Below are positions 20,368-28,071 of a DNA stretch of 64,000 nt, piece by piece. Origin of the DNA: Burkholderiales bacterium (lineage in GTDB: Bacteria > Pseudomonadota > Gammaproteobacteria > Burkholderiales > Burkholderiaceae_C); NCBI GenBank assembly GCA_038249155.1, contig JBBRWN010000003.1, forward strand, positions 43,724-107,723, written 5' to 3'. The number at the start of each line of letters is the position of its first letter. Position 1 is the stretch's first letter. A program made the position numbers and the translations under genes. The notes beneath the pieces are model-generated. The model was not told the origin of the DNA. It saw nothing but the letters and a program-made list of their open reading frames with translations, and searched no databases.

Positions 20368-20538
20368 AGGAAAATTGCTGTCGCGCCCGGTCTGTGCCGA
20401 AAAAAAAGCTAGAATCCGCCACCACATGTTTTAAACATCCCGGCGCCATAAGCCGCCGCTGCCGACACCCGTTGCAGGGTTGTGAAAAATATTTTTGAAA
20501 CTGGACGGATTAACGACCAAAAAACAAGGGGGCTTTTT

Positions 20539-20811
20539 GTGAACAAGAGTGAATTAATTGAGCACATTGCCAAAAATGCCGACATCTCCAAAGCGGCCGC
20601 CACGCGTGCGCTGGAGTCCACCATTGGTGCGGTAAAGTCCACCTTGAAGCAAGGAGGCACGGTGTCTCTGGTCGGTTTTGGCACTTTTTCCGTTGGTGAG
20701 CGCGCTTCGCGCATGGGCCGCAATCCGCGTACCGGCGATGCGATTAAAATCAAGGAAGCCAGGGTTCCAAAATTCCGTCCGGGCAAAGCGTTAAGGGATG
20801 CTTTGAACTGA
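20539..20811 (+). CDS. hupB: HU family DNA-binding protein
   Basis: GTG 20539 is preceded by [97 protein letters not shown]. Confidence 0.92.
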   Translation: MNKSELIEHIAKNADISKAAATRALESTIGAVKSTLKQGGTVSLVGFGTFSVGERASRMGRNPRTGDAIKIKEARVPKFRPGKALRDALN

Positions 20812-20829
20812 TGTGAAAAGTTAATAGTG

Positions 20830-20905
20830 GGGTGCTTAGCTCAGTTGGTAGAGCAGCGCCCTTACACGGCGTAGGTCGGCGGTTCGAGCCCGTCAGCACC
20901 CACCA
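20830..20905 (+). tRNA. tRNA-Val (anticodon TAC)
   Basis: Hand-folded cloverleaf. Acceptor GGGTGCT/AGCACCC, anticodon stem GCGCC/GGCGT with loop CTTACAC, T-loop TTCGAGC, encoded CCA. Confidence 0.9.
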
Positions 20906-20920
20906 CCCACTAAGAGAAAA

Positions 20921-20946
20921 AGGCGAACTTAGGTTCGCCTTTTTTG
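20921..20946 (+). terminator. rho-independent terminator after tRNA-Val
   Basis: AGGCGAAC-ttag-GTTCGCCT followed by TTTTTT. Confidence 0.7.
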
Positions 20947-20987
20947 TTGTTGCGCCCTAAAAAGCCGTTGTACAGGAAAACATAGAG

Positions 20988-22898
20988 ATGTTTGATTTCA
21001 TTCGCAAGCACACCCAATGGACCATGGGCTTGCTGTTTTTGCTGATAGTCCCCTCCTTTATTTTGGTAGGCATGAACAGCGGGAATTCATCGGGCGGCAA
21101 GGCTAACGTGGTCGCCAAAGTCGATGGCGTAGAAATCACCCAGCCTGAATGGGATCGTGCCCATCAAAACGAAGTGGACCGACTGCGCGCTTCCCAGCCA
21201 GCGCTCGATGTCAAGCTGCTCGATTCGCCCGAGGCCCGCTATGCCACGCTGGAGCGCCTGGTGCGCGACCGGGTGGTCGCAGTGGCGGCCGAGAAACTCA
21301 AAATGTCCACCAGCGACCAGCGCCTGGCGCGCGAGTTGCACGAAAGCCCTGAAATCGCCGCCTTGCGCCGACCCGACGGCACGCTCGACATGGAGCGCTA
21401 TCGCCAGGTGTTGGGCAGCCGGGGCATGAGCCCCGAAGGGTTTGAAGCGAATGTGCGCGCCGACCTGTCAACCCGTCAGGTGCTCGCTGGCGTCGGCGGC
21501 AGTGCGCTGGCGTCCAGCGCCGCCGCTGATCTGGCGCTGAATGCCTATTTTGAAAAGCGCGAAATCCAGCTGGCCCGTTTCAATGCGGCCGATTTTGCCG
21601 CCAAACTGAGCCCCACGGATGCCGATCTGGAGAAGTTCTACAAGGACAATGAAAAGCTTTTCCTGACGCCCGAGCAGGCCAGTATCGAGTATGTGCAGCT
21701 GGATCTCGACACGGTGAAAAAGACCATCACCGTCAACGAAGCTGACCTGAAAACCTATTACGACGCGAATGCCACGCGGCTCAGTAGTGCCGAAGAGCGC
21801 CGCGCCAGCCACATCCTGATTACTTCGCCCGCCACGGCCCCGGCCGCTGAGCGCGAAAAAGCCAAGGCCAAAGCGCAGGAACTGCTGGCTCAGGTCAAGA
21901 AATCGCCCGATACCTTTGCCGACGTGGCGCGCAAGAATTCGCAAGATCCTGGCTCTGCCGCTAACGGTGGCGATCTGGAGTTTTTCCCGCGCGGTGCGAT
22001 GGTCAAGCCGTTTGAGGACGCTGCTTTTTCGATGAAAAAAGGCGATATCAGCGAGGTGGTGGCGTCCGATTTTGGTTTCCACATCATCAAACTGACCGAC
22101 ATCAAGACCGCAAAACAGCGCAGTTTTGAGGAAATGCGCCCTGAACTGGAGGCGGACCTGAAAAAACAGCAAGCCCAGCAAAAATTTTCAGAAAAAGCCG
22201 AAGCATTCTCAACCAGCGTGTACGAGCAGTCTGACAGCCTGAAACCGGTGGCCGAGCAGCTCAAGCTGGAGATTAAAACCGCCAGCAACGTGACGCCCCA
22301 GCCAGCCGCTGGCGTGACCGGCTTGCTGGCCAATCCGAAATTTCTCAATGAGCTGTTTTCAGCCGATGCTATCGAGAAAAAACGCAATACCAAAGCGATT
22401 GAAACCGGGCCGAGTCAGCTGGTGTCTGCCCGCATCGTTCAACACACTGCTGCCCACATCCGGCCTTTTGCGGAGGTCAAAGACCTGGTGCGCCAGCGCT
22501 GGCTGGCCCAGCGCAGTGCTGACGAGGCACGCAAGGAAGGCGTCGCCAAGCTGGCAGCGTGGAAAGCTGCTCCGGCCACGGCAGCGCTGGCGGCACCGGT
22601 GCTGGTGTCGCGTGAACAGACGCAGCAGTTGCCGATGGCTGTGGTGGATGCAGCGCTGCGCACGGACTCCGGCGCCTTGCCCGCATTTGCTGGCGTTGAT
22701 CTGGGCGCGCAGGGTTATGCGATTGTCAAGGTCAGCAAGGTGATGCCGCGCGATGCACAGCCAGAGGCCAGAGCCAAGCAAGAGCGCAACCAGTACAGCG
22801 AATGGTGGACTTCCGCTGAGACGCTGGCCTATTACAATGGCCTGAAAGAGCGCTTCAAGGCAGAAATCCTGGTGAAAAAACCGGTGCTTCAAAAATGA
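20988..22898 (+). CDS. ppiD: periplasmic chaperone / peptidyl-prolyl isomerase PpiD-like (SurA N-terminal domain protein)
   Basis: 636 aa. N-terminal TM anchor and a parvulin domain (RASHILI...GGDLEFFPRGAMVKPFEDAAFSMKKGDISEVVASDFGFHIIKL). Confidence 0.88.
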   Translation: MFDFIRKHTQWTMGLLFLLIVPSFILVGMNSGNSSGGKANVVAKVDGVEITQPEWDRAHQNEVDRLRASQPALDVKLLDSPEARYATLERLVRDRVVAVAAEKLKMSTSDQRLARELHESPEIAALRRPDGTLDMERYRQVLGSRGMSPEGFEANVRADLSTRQVLAGVGGSALASSAAADLALNAYFEKREIQLARFNAADFAAKLSPTDADLEKFYKDNEKLFLTPEQASIEYVQLDLDTVKKTITVNEADLKTYYDANATRLSSAEERRASHILITSPATAPAAEREKAKAKAQELLAQVKKSPDTFADVARKNSQDPGSAANGGDLEFFPRGAMVKPFEDAAFSMKKGDISEVVASDFGFHIIKLTDIKTAKQRSFEEMRPELEADLKKQQAQQKFSEKAEAFSTSVYEQSDSLKPVAEQLKLEIKTASNVTPQPAAGVTGLLANPKFLNELFSADAIEKKRNTKAIETGPSQLVSARIVQHTAAHIRPFAEVKDLVRQRWLAQRSADEARKEGVAKLAAWKAAPATAALAAPVLVSREQTQQLPMAVVDAALRTDSGALPAFAGVDLGAQGYAIVKVSKVMPRDAQPEARAKQERNQYSEWWTSAETLAYYNGLKERFKAEILVKKPVLQK

Positions 22899-22943
22899 AA
22901 TCCAACAAGCAAGCTGAAATCCTGATTCAGGGTTTTTTCTTGC

Positions 22944-22949
22944 TATAAT
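22944..22949 (+). promoter_or_regulatory. consensus -10 box (TATAAT) upstream of tRNA-His
   Basis: The TATAAT box ends 10 nt before the first tRNA nucleotide. No convincing -35 was seen. Confidence 0.4.
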
Positions 22950-22959
22950 AAGAATCTAC

Positions 22960-23036
22960 GGTGGCTGTAGCTCAGTTGGTAGAGTCCAGGATTGTGATTC
23001 CTGTTGTCGTGGGTTCGAGCCCCATCAGCCACCCCA
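22960..23036 (+). tRNA. tRNA-His (anticodon GTG) with encoded G-1 and CCA
   Basis: Hand-folded. G-1 plus acceptor GTGGCTG/CAGCCAC, anticodon stem CAGGA/TCCTG with loop TTGTGAT, T-loop TTCGAGC. Confidence 0.9.
22987..23036 (+). repeat. att core, left copy (inside the intact tRNA-His)
   Basis: caggattgtgattcctgttgtcgtgggttcgagccccatcagccacccca, identical to 31886-31935. Confidence 0.9.
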
Positions 23037-23052
23037 AGCACAGTAACGAAAG

Positions 23053-23082
23053 CCTGCTATTCAAAAGATAGCAGGTTTTTTT
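23053..23082 (+). terminator. rho-independent terminator after tRNA-His (element-borne copy)
   Basis: CCTGCTAT-tcaaaag-ATAGCAGG followed by TTTTTTT. Confidence 0.7.
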
Positions 23083-23093
23083 CTTGCCTGAAA

Positions 23094-23120
23094 ATGTAAG
23101 GGCGGATGTAAGACGATTTT
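23094..23120 (+). repeat. 27-bp arm repeat, left copy
   Basis: ATGTAAGGGCGGATGTAAGACGATTTT, identical to 31750-31776. Contains an internal ATGTAAG x2 sub-repeat. Confidence 0.85.
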
Positions 23121-23399
23121 CCGAATCGGCGGCCAGAACCGGCCAAAAGTACGATGTTGACCAGCCCCGGCCCGGCACCACTTTCGTGACAGTCACACAA
23201 TCCACGACTCACGTCAGCGGCCAGCTCATTGACTTGAATTATCTTGATTGTTTTCAAGTCACGGCCCTTGCCCTAACCTTGCCCTCTTTGAGCACCTCAC
23301 GGGCGCATACGCGACTGAGCACTTCGACCCTTGATGCAACCTTGACGTTACCCATCCCTGAAAACAACAAATGGGCGCATACGCTCCTGCGCCAGACGC

Positions 23400-23428
23400 A
23401 AAAAAGCCCAGCGGGTCGGGCTGGGCTT
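23400..23428 (-). terminator. rho-independent terminator at the left end of the element
   Basis: Minus strand: AAGCCCAGC-cccgacc-GCTGGGCTT followed by TTTTTT, 27 nt after the stop of the small ORF at 23455-23631. Confidence 0.6.
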
Positions 23429-23454
23429 GTCGTGGTCGTGGTGGTGTCACCAGC

Positions 23455-23631
23455 TCAGGCCAGCGGCGGGCCTTGGTGTCTGTCGCACCGGCAGCGGATG
23501 ACCAGCCCCAGACGGCAACCCGTCGCCAGCCAGCAGCTCCACAGCGTCACGTCAAGGCGGTGAATGCAGCTTTGGCAGGTCATGGCATCCCCGGCATGGT
23601 GAAGGCGCTCCAGGCTGAATAAATCAGGCAT
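23455..23631 (-). CDS. small Cys-rich hypothetical protein (58 aa)
   Basis: Internal ATG of the 99-aa track ORF: MPDLFSLERLHHAGDAMTCQSCIHRLDVTLWSCWLATGCRLGLVIRCRCDRH. Supported only by the terminator just downstream. Weak RBS. Confidence 0.3.
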   Translation of the reverse strand: MPDLFSLERLHHAGDAMTCQSCIHRLDVTLWSCWLATGCRLGLVIRCRCDRHQGPPLA

Positions 23632-23741
23632 GGCAGTCTTTCCCGAAAAACTCTCCACTGCTTCCCCTCTCCTATATAGGGAGAGGAGGAAAATGGCGTC
23701 TGAATCCTCCATAAATGGCGTTATTGGAGAATTATGGCGTT

Positions 23742-25484
23742 TCAGGTAATCCATAAGAAACCTTCATTCAGGCCCAAAATCTCACGGGAAACCATGCCTG
23801 AAATTGCCAGTCTGGCGCGTGAAGTTCGTTTGTCGCTGGGGCAGGTCAATCGGGCAGCGCCAGCAACCACGGCGGCTTCAAGCTCGATACATGGGCGAAG
23901 CGGCGGGGCACCGGGCTTGCCTGTCACGCCATCCTTGAACAAGCCCCGTATGCCCTCATAAACAAGCCGCTGGTTATCCCCTTGGGGCACCTTCACCCGC
24001 TGAATATCTTGGGCGGATGTATCCCGCACCACCACGCATGAAGTGATGGCATCGCCATAGGTATCGGTTCCCAGCGTTTCCACTTGGAGCATGAACGGAT
24101 GCGCCCCGCCGTCTTCCCCGTCTTTGGCCTTCGCCACCTTCCATTCCCGCTTGTCGCCATCGCGTGAAACTTCCACGGCGGCATCCAAGGCAGCGAATAG
24201 CGAACTATGGCCCCGTAGCCCCTTGGTCGCGTCCTTGCCGGTATGGTGAACCAGCACCACCAGGCCATTGATGCGGCTTTGCAGGCGCTTGGTGGATTCC
24301 AGAATCTCGCCCATATCGCTTGAACTGTTTTCGTCAGCAGTCGGGGCGGCCCGGTTCAGCGTGTCCAGGAACACCACCGCGCCAGCAGGCACCACGGCGG
24401 CCAGGTCGGCCACGTCTTGCGGCTCAGTGAGCTTGAAGGGTTGCAGGACGATATGCAGGTCAGCGGGCAGGGCGCGGCCCGTGTGAGCCTCCCATGCGGC
24501 CACGCGCAGCTTGAACCCGCCTTCACCCTCCAGGGCGCAATAGACCACGGGCGCGGCCTCTACCCGGTTGCCGAACCACGGGCGGCCCTCAGCAATGGCG
24601 GCGGCCATATCGAGCGCCAGGAACGATTTACCGCTGGCGCTGGGGCCATACAGCCCGGCCAGGCCCGTTGCAGGCAGCACGCCCCGCACGCGCCACGCCA
24701 GCGGCGGCAGGTTTCGCAGGTCATCGGCCCCCAGCAGCTTGTAACGCGGCTTGGGCTTGGGCGGCTCAATGGCCGATTCCAGCAGTTCGGCCAGCGCATC
24801 GCCCCCGTCGCGGGCGGCCAGGTCGTTCACGTCGCTGTTTTGCGGCCAGCCATCGGGCATGTTGACCACGGCGGCGTTCACTTCGCGGGCAATGTCGGCG
24901 GCGGCAGCTTCCTTGCCCACGTCAGGCACCAGCACCAGCCGGGCGGCGGGGTCACGCTGGCGCAACTGAGCGGCCACGGTGCGAATGCGGCCAGCCCCAA
25001 AACACACCACGGCGGCGGCCCCGGTTTGTTGCCAGCAGCTCCAGGCCGCGCCGATACCCTCCACGATGTAGGCCAGCCCGCCGGGCACCAGTTCGCCCAC
25101 GGTGAAAAAGCCGTCTTCCATGCTGGCACCGGGCAGGTTCAGCTTTCCGGGCCTGCCTTTGACCTTGAGCCGGGCGGCCACGTCAGGCAGGGCAATGAAT
25201 TGCAGGCTGGACAGTGAGCCATCGGGCCGGATGACTGGCACCACCAGCGCCCCGGCCATCGGTTCGCCACCGATACGCAGTGCATCCCCAGCAGGCAGCA
25301 CGCGCAAGCTGTTCAACGGCACCCCGGCGGCATGCTTTGCCACGATGTAGGGATGCTGGATTGAAGCGGCTTCGCATCGGTTCCAGACTTCGGCGGCGCT
25401 CATGCCTTGGACGGGCTGGCGCGGCGGCTCTGCGGGCTTTCTGGGGGCCGGGGCTGGCTGTCGCTGGGCCATGCCTTCCTTCAC
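23742..25484 (-). CDS. Toprim + RepA-like (AAA_25) primase-helicase, probably missing its frameshifted N-terminus
   Basis: 580-aa ORF. Toprim signature (AYIVEGIGAAW...VLVPDVGKE...NSDVNDL), Walker A GPSASGKS, Walker B VVFLDTL, and RepA/DnaB-like HHTGKD. Confidence 0.8.
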   Translation of the reverse strand: MKEGMAQRQPAPAPRKPAEPPRQPVQGMSAAEVWNRCEAASIQHPYIVAKHAAGVPLNSLRVLPAGDALRIGGEPMAGALVVPVIRPDGSLSSLQFIALPDVAARLKVKGRPGKLNLPGASMEDGFFTVGELVPGGLAYIVEGIGAAWSCWQQTGAAAVVCFGAGRIRTVAAQLRQRDPAARLVLVPDVGKEAAAADIAREVNAAVVNMPDGWPQNSDVNDLAARDGGDALAELLESAIEPPKPKPRYKLLGADDLRNLPPLAWRVRGVLPATGLAGLYGPSASGKSFLALDMAAAIAEGRPWFGNRVEAAPVVYCALEGEGGFKLRVAAWEAHTGRALPADLHIVLQPFKLTEPQDVADLAAVVPAGAVVFLDTLNRAAPTADENSSSDMGEILESTKRLQSRINGLVVLVHHTGKDATKGLRGHSSLFAALDAAVEVSRDGDKREWKVAKAKDGEDGGAHPFMLQVETLGTDTYGDAITSCVVVRDTSAQDIQRVKVPQGDNQRLVYEGIRGLFKDGVTGKPGAPPLRPCIELEAAVVAGAARLTCPSDKRTSRARLAISGMVSREILGLNEGFLWIT

Positions 25485-25749
25485 CCATGCGCCAGCCGTT
25501 CGCGGCGGCCAGCTTGAACAGGGTTCCAGCTCCTATGCCCTTGCCGGGCTTGAAGCTTTTCCAGGTATCGCGGGCGGCCCGTTCGTCGTAATTGCCAGCC
25601 CCGGCGCTCCAGTCGTTGAAGGCGTCAAAGTCCAGCCCGGCAGCTTGGGCGGCCATGCCCACACGCGCCCATTCATCGCGGGACAGGTCAGCCGGAATGA
25701 AGTGCAGCGCATCACGGGCGCGGCCTATGTCGTTCATGGCGGTGTTCAT
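25183..25749 (-). pseudogene. PriCT-2 (primase C-terminal 2) domain ORF, likely the displaced N-terminus of the primase-helicase
   Basis: The first ~93 codons (about 25471-25749) read MNTAMNDIGRARDALHFIPADLSRDEWARVGMAAQAAGLDFDAFNDWSAGAGNYDERAARDTWKSFKPGKGIGAGTLFKLAAANGW. The remainder is Arg-rich nonsense overlapping the +1 frame that encodes the Toprim ORF. Confidence 0.6.
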
Positions 25750-25931
25750 GCCCGGCCTCCTTTTTGGGATTCATATTCAGCCAGGCGCAAAGCCTCTTGC
25801 GCGTCGAGCAGCAGGTGCGCGGGCAAATAACTGTCGTGGCAGTGGCGCGGCACGGGAGGATAGTCCATGCACTCGGTCACGATGGCCTTGAGGGCGGCCA
25901 ACAGCGCCGCTTGTGTCGAGCTGGTGGTCAT
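25746..25931 (-). CDS. hypothetical protein (61 aa)
   Basis: Internal ATG 25931 (MTTSSTQAALLAALKAIVTECMDYPPVPRHCHDSYLPAHLLLDAQEALRLAEYESQKGGRA). ATGA overlaps at both ends match the pattern of the operon. Confidence 0.45.
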   Translation of the reverse strand: MTTSSTQAALLAALKAIVTECMDYPPVPRHCHDSYLPAHLLLDAQEALRLAEYESQKGGRA

Positions 25932-26269
25932 TTGGCACCGCCTTGAACCAATGACCAGCCCCGGCCCTTGAATCCGTGCAGCACCATAACGGCTAGGACG
26001 GCTTGCTGTGCCACCATGCCGTGGTGATGCGTTCGCCACGCCAGCCAGGCGCAGGCGCCCACGACCACCAGGAAGACCAGCAGGCCCACGGCGCGCCGGC
26101 CGCGCCCGCTGGACAGCATCCATGCCGCGCCAGCCAGCGCCACGGCCATCACCCATTCGGCGGCTGAAACATTCGCCAGCGCCGCCTGTGCAGTGGCTTT
26201 AAGTCCCATGGCCAGCGCGCCGATAACGGCATCCATGACGGTGTTCAACAGGTCAAGCGCGGCGTTCAT
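25928..26269 (-). CDS. small membrane protein (113 aa, about 3 TM)
   Basis: MNAALDLLNTVMDAVIGALAMGL..., hydrophobic segments. ATGA-coupled to both neighbours. Confidence 0.55.
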   Translation of the reverse strand: MNAALDLLNTVMDAVIGALAMGLKATAQAALANVSAAEWVMAVALAGAAWMLSSGRGRRAVGLLVFLVVVGACAWLAWRTHHHGMVAQQAVLAVMVLHGFKGRGWSLVQGGAK

Positions 26270-27663
26270 GCTGCACCGCCTTTCGTGACGGTCACGGCAT
26301 AGCCCCGGCCCTTGCGCACGATGACGCCATCGGCTTCGAGCTGTTGCAGGTAGTCGGCTACAACCTCTTGGCTACCGCCCTCTACGGCCTGAATACCGCG
26401 CACCGATGGCCGGATTTTTCCAGCCAATACACCGGCCCGGATGCGCTTGAAACGGGCACCGGCTTTGCCCTCTATGCCGGTGTCGAGCTTTGCGCTTACA
26501 GCCCGTTTTGCCCGTGGCTTTTTGACAATCTGCTGTATTGGTTTCGATACATCCGCGTGTATCGGTTTCGATACATCGGCCAGGGCAATTTCCTGCAAAG
26601 CTGGCGTGGTGTTCGATGCGTCGGCGCTGCCCGTGTTCACGCTCTGCGCATGTATCGTTTCCGATACACCGGCATGTATTGGTTTCGATACACCCGTATC
26701 CGCATTCGCAGCAGGCGCGGCGTGAGCCATCGGCGCGGTCAATGCGGCCAGCGCACCAGCCCCGGCCAACATCGTTTTAGAGCTGTAAGACAGGCCCGCC
26801 GTAGCGTCCTTTTGCGCGGGCGATGCCGTACCGGCTGGCCGGTAGTTTGCGGGCGCTGGCGCGGTCTGAGCTGGCGCAACCGGCGCGGCCAGCGCTGTGA
26901 CTGGTGCAACGGTTTCAGCGGGCGCGACTGGCCCGCCGTGGATGCGGTGCAGCAGCTCCAGGATTTGCTGGTCAACGGGCAGGGCGCCGGATGACGCTTT
27001 GCGGCGCAAGCTGCCAGCAACGTGCATAAGCGCAATTCCGGCGCATTCCATCACCAGCGATATGGCGCCAGAAAGCACCATCAGGCCAGTCTCGCCGATG
27101 GTTTCCACAAGTGGCGTACTGGTGGTGAGCGCCTGCATTTTTTCCAGCTTTTCAACCGCGCCAGCGCCAGCGGCTGTCTGTTGCGCGGCCTCTGCGGAAA
27201 CCTTGCCGCCCTGTTCGTTCAGCCAGCCGTGTTTGCTTTTGTTCAGCTTCGCGGCGGCGTCGCGCAAGGTTGCGGCGTTCTTGCGCGAATCGTCGGCTTG
27301 CGCCACGATTTGGGCTACCGTTGCCGTGCTGAGTGCAGCAGCTTTGCCAGCCGTTGCGCCTACGGAGTAGTTCGCCAGCGTCATCAGCGCAATTTGAAGG
27401 GTGAATATTGACCAGCCCAAGGTGCGCAGAACGAATGAAAATTCGCGCCACTGACCGGCCAGGGAGAACACGCAACCCTCCAACACAAGCAGCAGCACGC
27501 CGGATGCCACTTTGGCGTTACGCGCCGGGCTGGCCGGTTCAGTCGCCTGAATGCCTTGGACGATGACCCATGCCGTCACCAGCATGACCAGTCCGGCAAG
27601 GAAGTAGCAGAAATAGGCGCTTTTAAGTGCTTTGGCGCTCTGGGTGTTGATGGCGGCGTTCAT
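26266..27663 (-). CDS. membrane protein with coiled-coil region, VSKPIH peptide repeats and a C-terminal winged-helix-like domain (465 aa)
   Basis: Start set at ATG 27663 (MNAAINTQSAKALKSAYFCYFLAGLVMLV...). Four N-terminal TM segments, an Ala/Pro-rich linker, and the C-terminus IRPSVRGIQAVEGGSQEVVADYLQQLEADGVIVRKGRGYAV. The upstream 173 codons of the track ORF were rejected. Confidence 0.65.
   Translation of the reverse strand: MNAAINTQSAKALKSAYFCYFLAGLVMLVTAWVIVQGIQATEPASPARNAKVASGVLLLVLEGCVFSLAGQWREFSFVLRTLGWSIFTLQIALMTLANYSVGATAGKAAALSTATVAQIVAQADDSRKNAATLRDAAAKLNKSKHGWLNEQGGKVSAEAAQQTAAGAGAVEKLEKMQALTTSTPLVETIGETGLMVLSGAISLVMECAGIALMHVAGSLRRKASSGALPVDQQILELLHRIHGGPVAPAETVAPVTALAAPVAPAQTAPAPANYRPAGTASPAQKDATAGLSYSSKTMLAGAGALAALTAPMAHAAPAANADTGVSKPIHAGVSETIHAQSVNTGSADASNTTPALQEIALADVSKPIHADVSKPIQQIVKKPRAKRAVSAKLDTGIEGKAGARFKRIRAGVLAGKIRPSVRGIQAVEGGSQEVVADYLQQLEADGVIVRKGRGYAVTVTKGGAA
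26534..26692. repeat. four copies of an 18-bp palindromic motif TGTATYGKTTYCGATACA (iteron-like)
   Basis: Copies at 26534-26551, 26558-26575, 26651-26668 and 26675-26692. They form two pairs with 24-bp spacing, 117 bp apart. Arms are TGTATCG/CGATACA. Confidence 0.8.
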
Positions 27664-27875
27664 GCTGCACCGCCAATCTTGGAGTCGGCGCAAGCCTGTT
27701 TGAGCATGGACGTTGCCCGGATAGAGCGGCCCACGGCGGCATGGGTGTCGCCGTTGCGAACGTGAAAGAGCGCCAGGGTAAGCGCCGCTTCGATGGCTAC
27801 GCGCCGGGCAAGGGTTGCGGGGGAAGTAGCGGGCGAGTTGCCCAGAAAGCCCATTTTGGGCGTGGTGATGGTCAT
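27660..27875 (-). CDS. hypothetical protein (71 aa)
   Basis: ATG 27875 (MTITTPKMGFLGNSPATSPATLARRVAIEAALTLALFHVRNGDTHAAVGRSIRATSMLKQACADSKIGGAA). Ends in the conserved GGAA-stop/ATGA junction. Confidence 0.5.
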   Translation of the reverse strand: MTITTPKMGFLGNSPATSPATLARRVAIEAALTLALFHVRNGDTHAAVGRSIRATSMLKQACADSKIGGAA

Positions 27876-27934
27876 AGGTTCTGACTCCGGAATGAGACTG
27901 AAGACCACCGTTTGCGTTCTTACGCGCATAAGGT

Positions 27935-27999
27935 GGACGGGATGTTAAGAACATGGATTCCGCCATGCGCCGGGCGTTGCCGCACCGGCCATCCCGTCC
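27935..27999 (-). other. 65-nt three-way-junction structure (candidate ncRNA or ssDNA/ori element) in a 306-bp non-coding spacer
   Basis: Closing stem GGACGGGATG/CATCCCGTCC (10 bp). Inner hairpin GCCGG(U)GCG-GCAA-CGCCCGGC. Second hairpin CATGG-cggaat-CCATG. Confidence 0.4.
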
Positions 28000-28046
28000 A
28001 AAACCATGCGACACGGGAAAGCCCGTATCGAAAAATTCTTGACGTG

Positions 28047-28071
28047 AAAAAACCCAGCTTAAGGCGTGGGT
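28047..28071 (-). terminator. weak rho-independent terminator after the 108-aa gene
   Basis: Minus strand: ACCCA-cgccttaagc-TGGGT followed by TTTTTT. Confidence 0.4.

Noticed and set aside
19387-20427. 346-aa minus-strand ORF
   Set aside because: It is antisense to the DMT transporter. The extreme Arg/Gln/Gly/His content is not protein-like.
23084-23563. 159-aa + strand ORF in the left arm of the element
   Set aside because: It has no RBS, runs through the arm repeat and across the minus-strand terminator, and has implausible composition.
26534-26692. CRISPR-like array
   Set aside because: There are only four short 18-bp palindromes with irregular 24/117-bp spacing inside an ORF. There are no cas genes and no spacer-like unique segments of uniform length.
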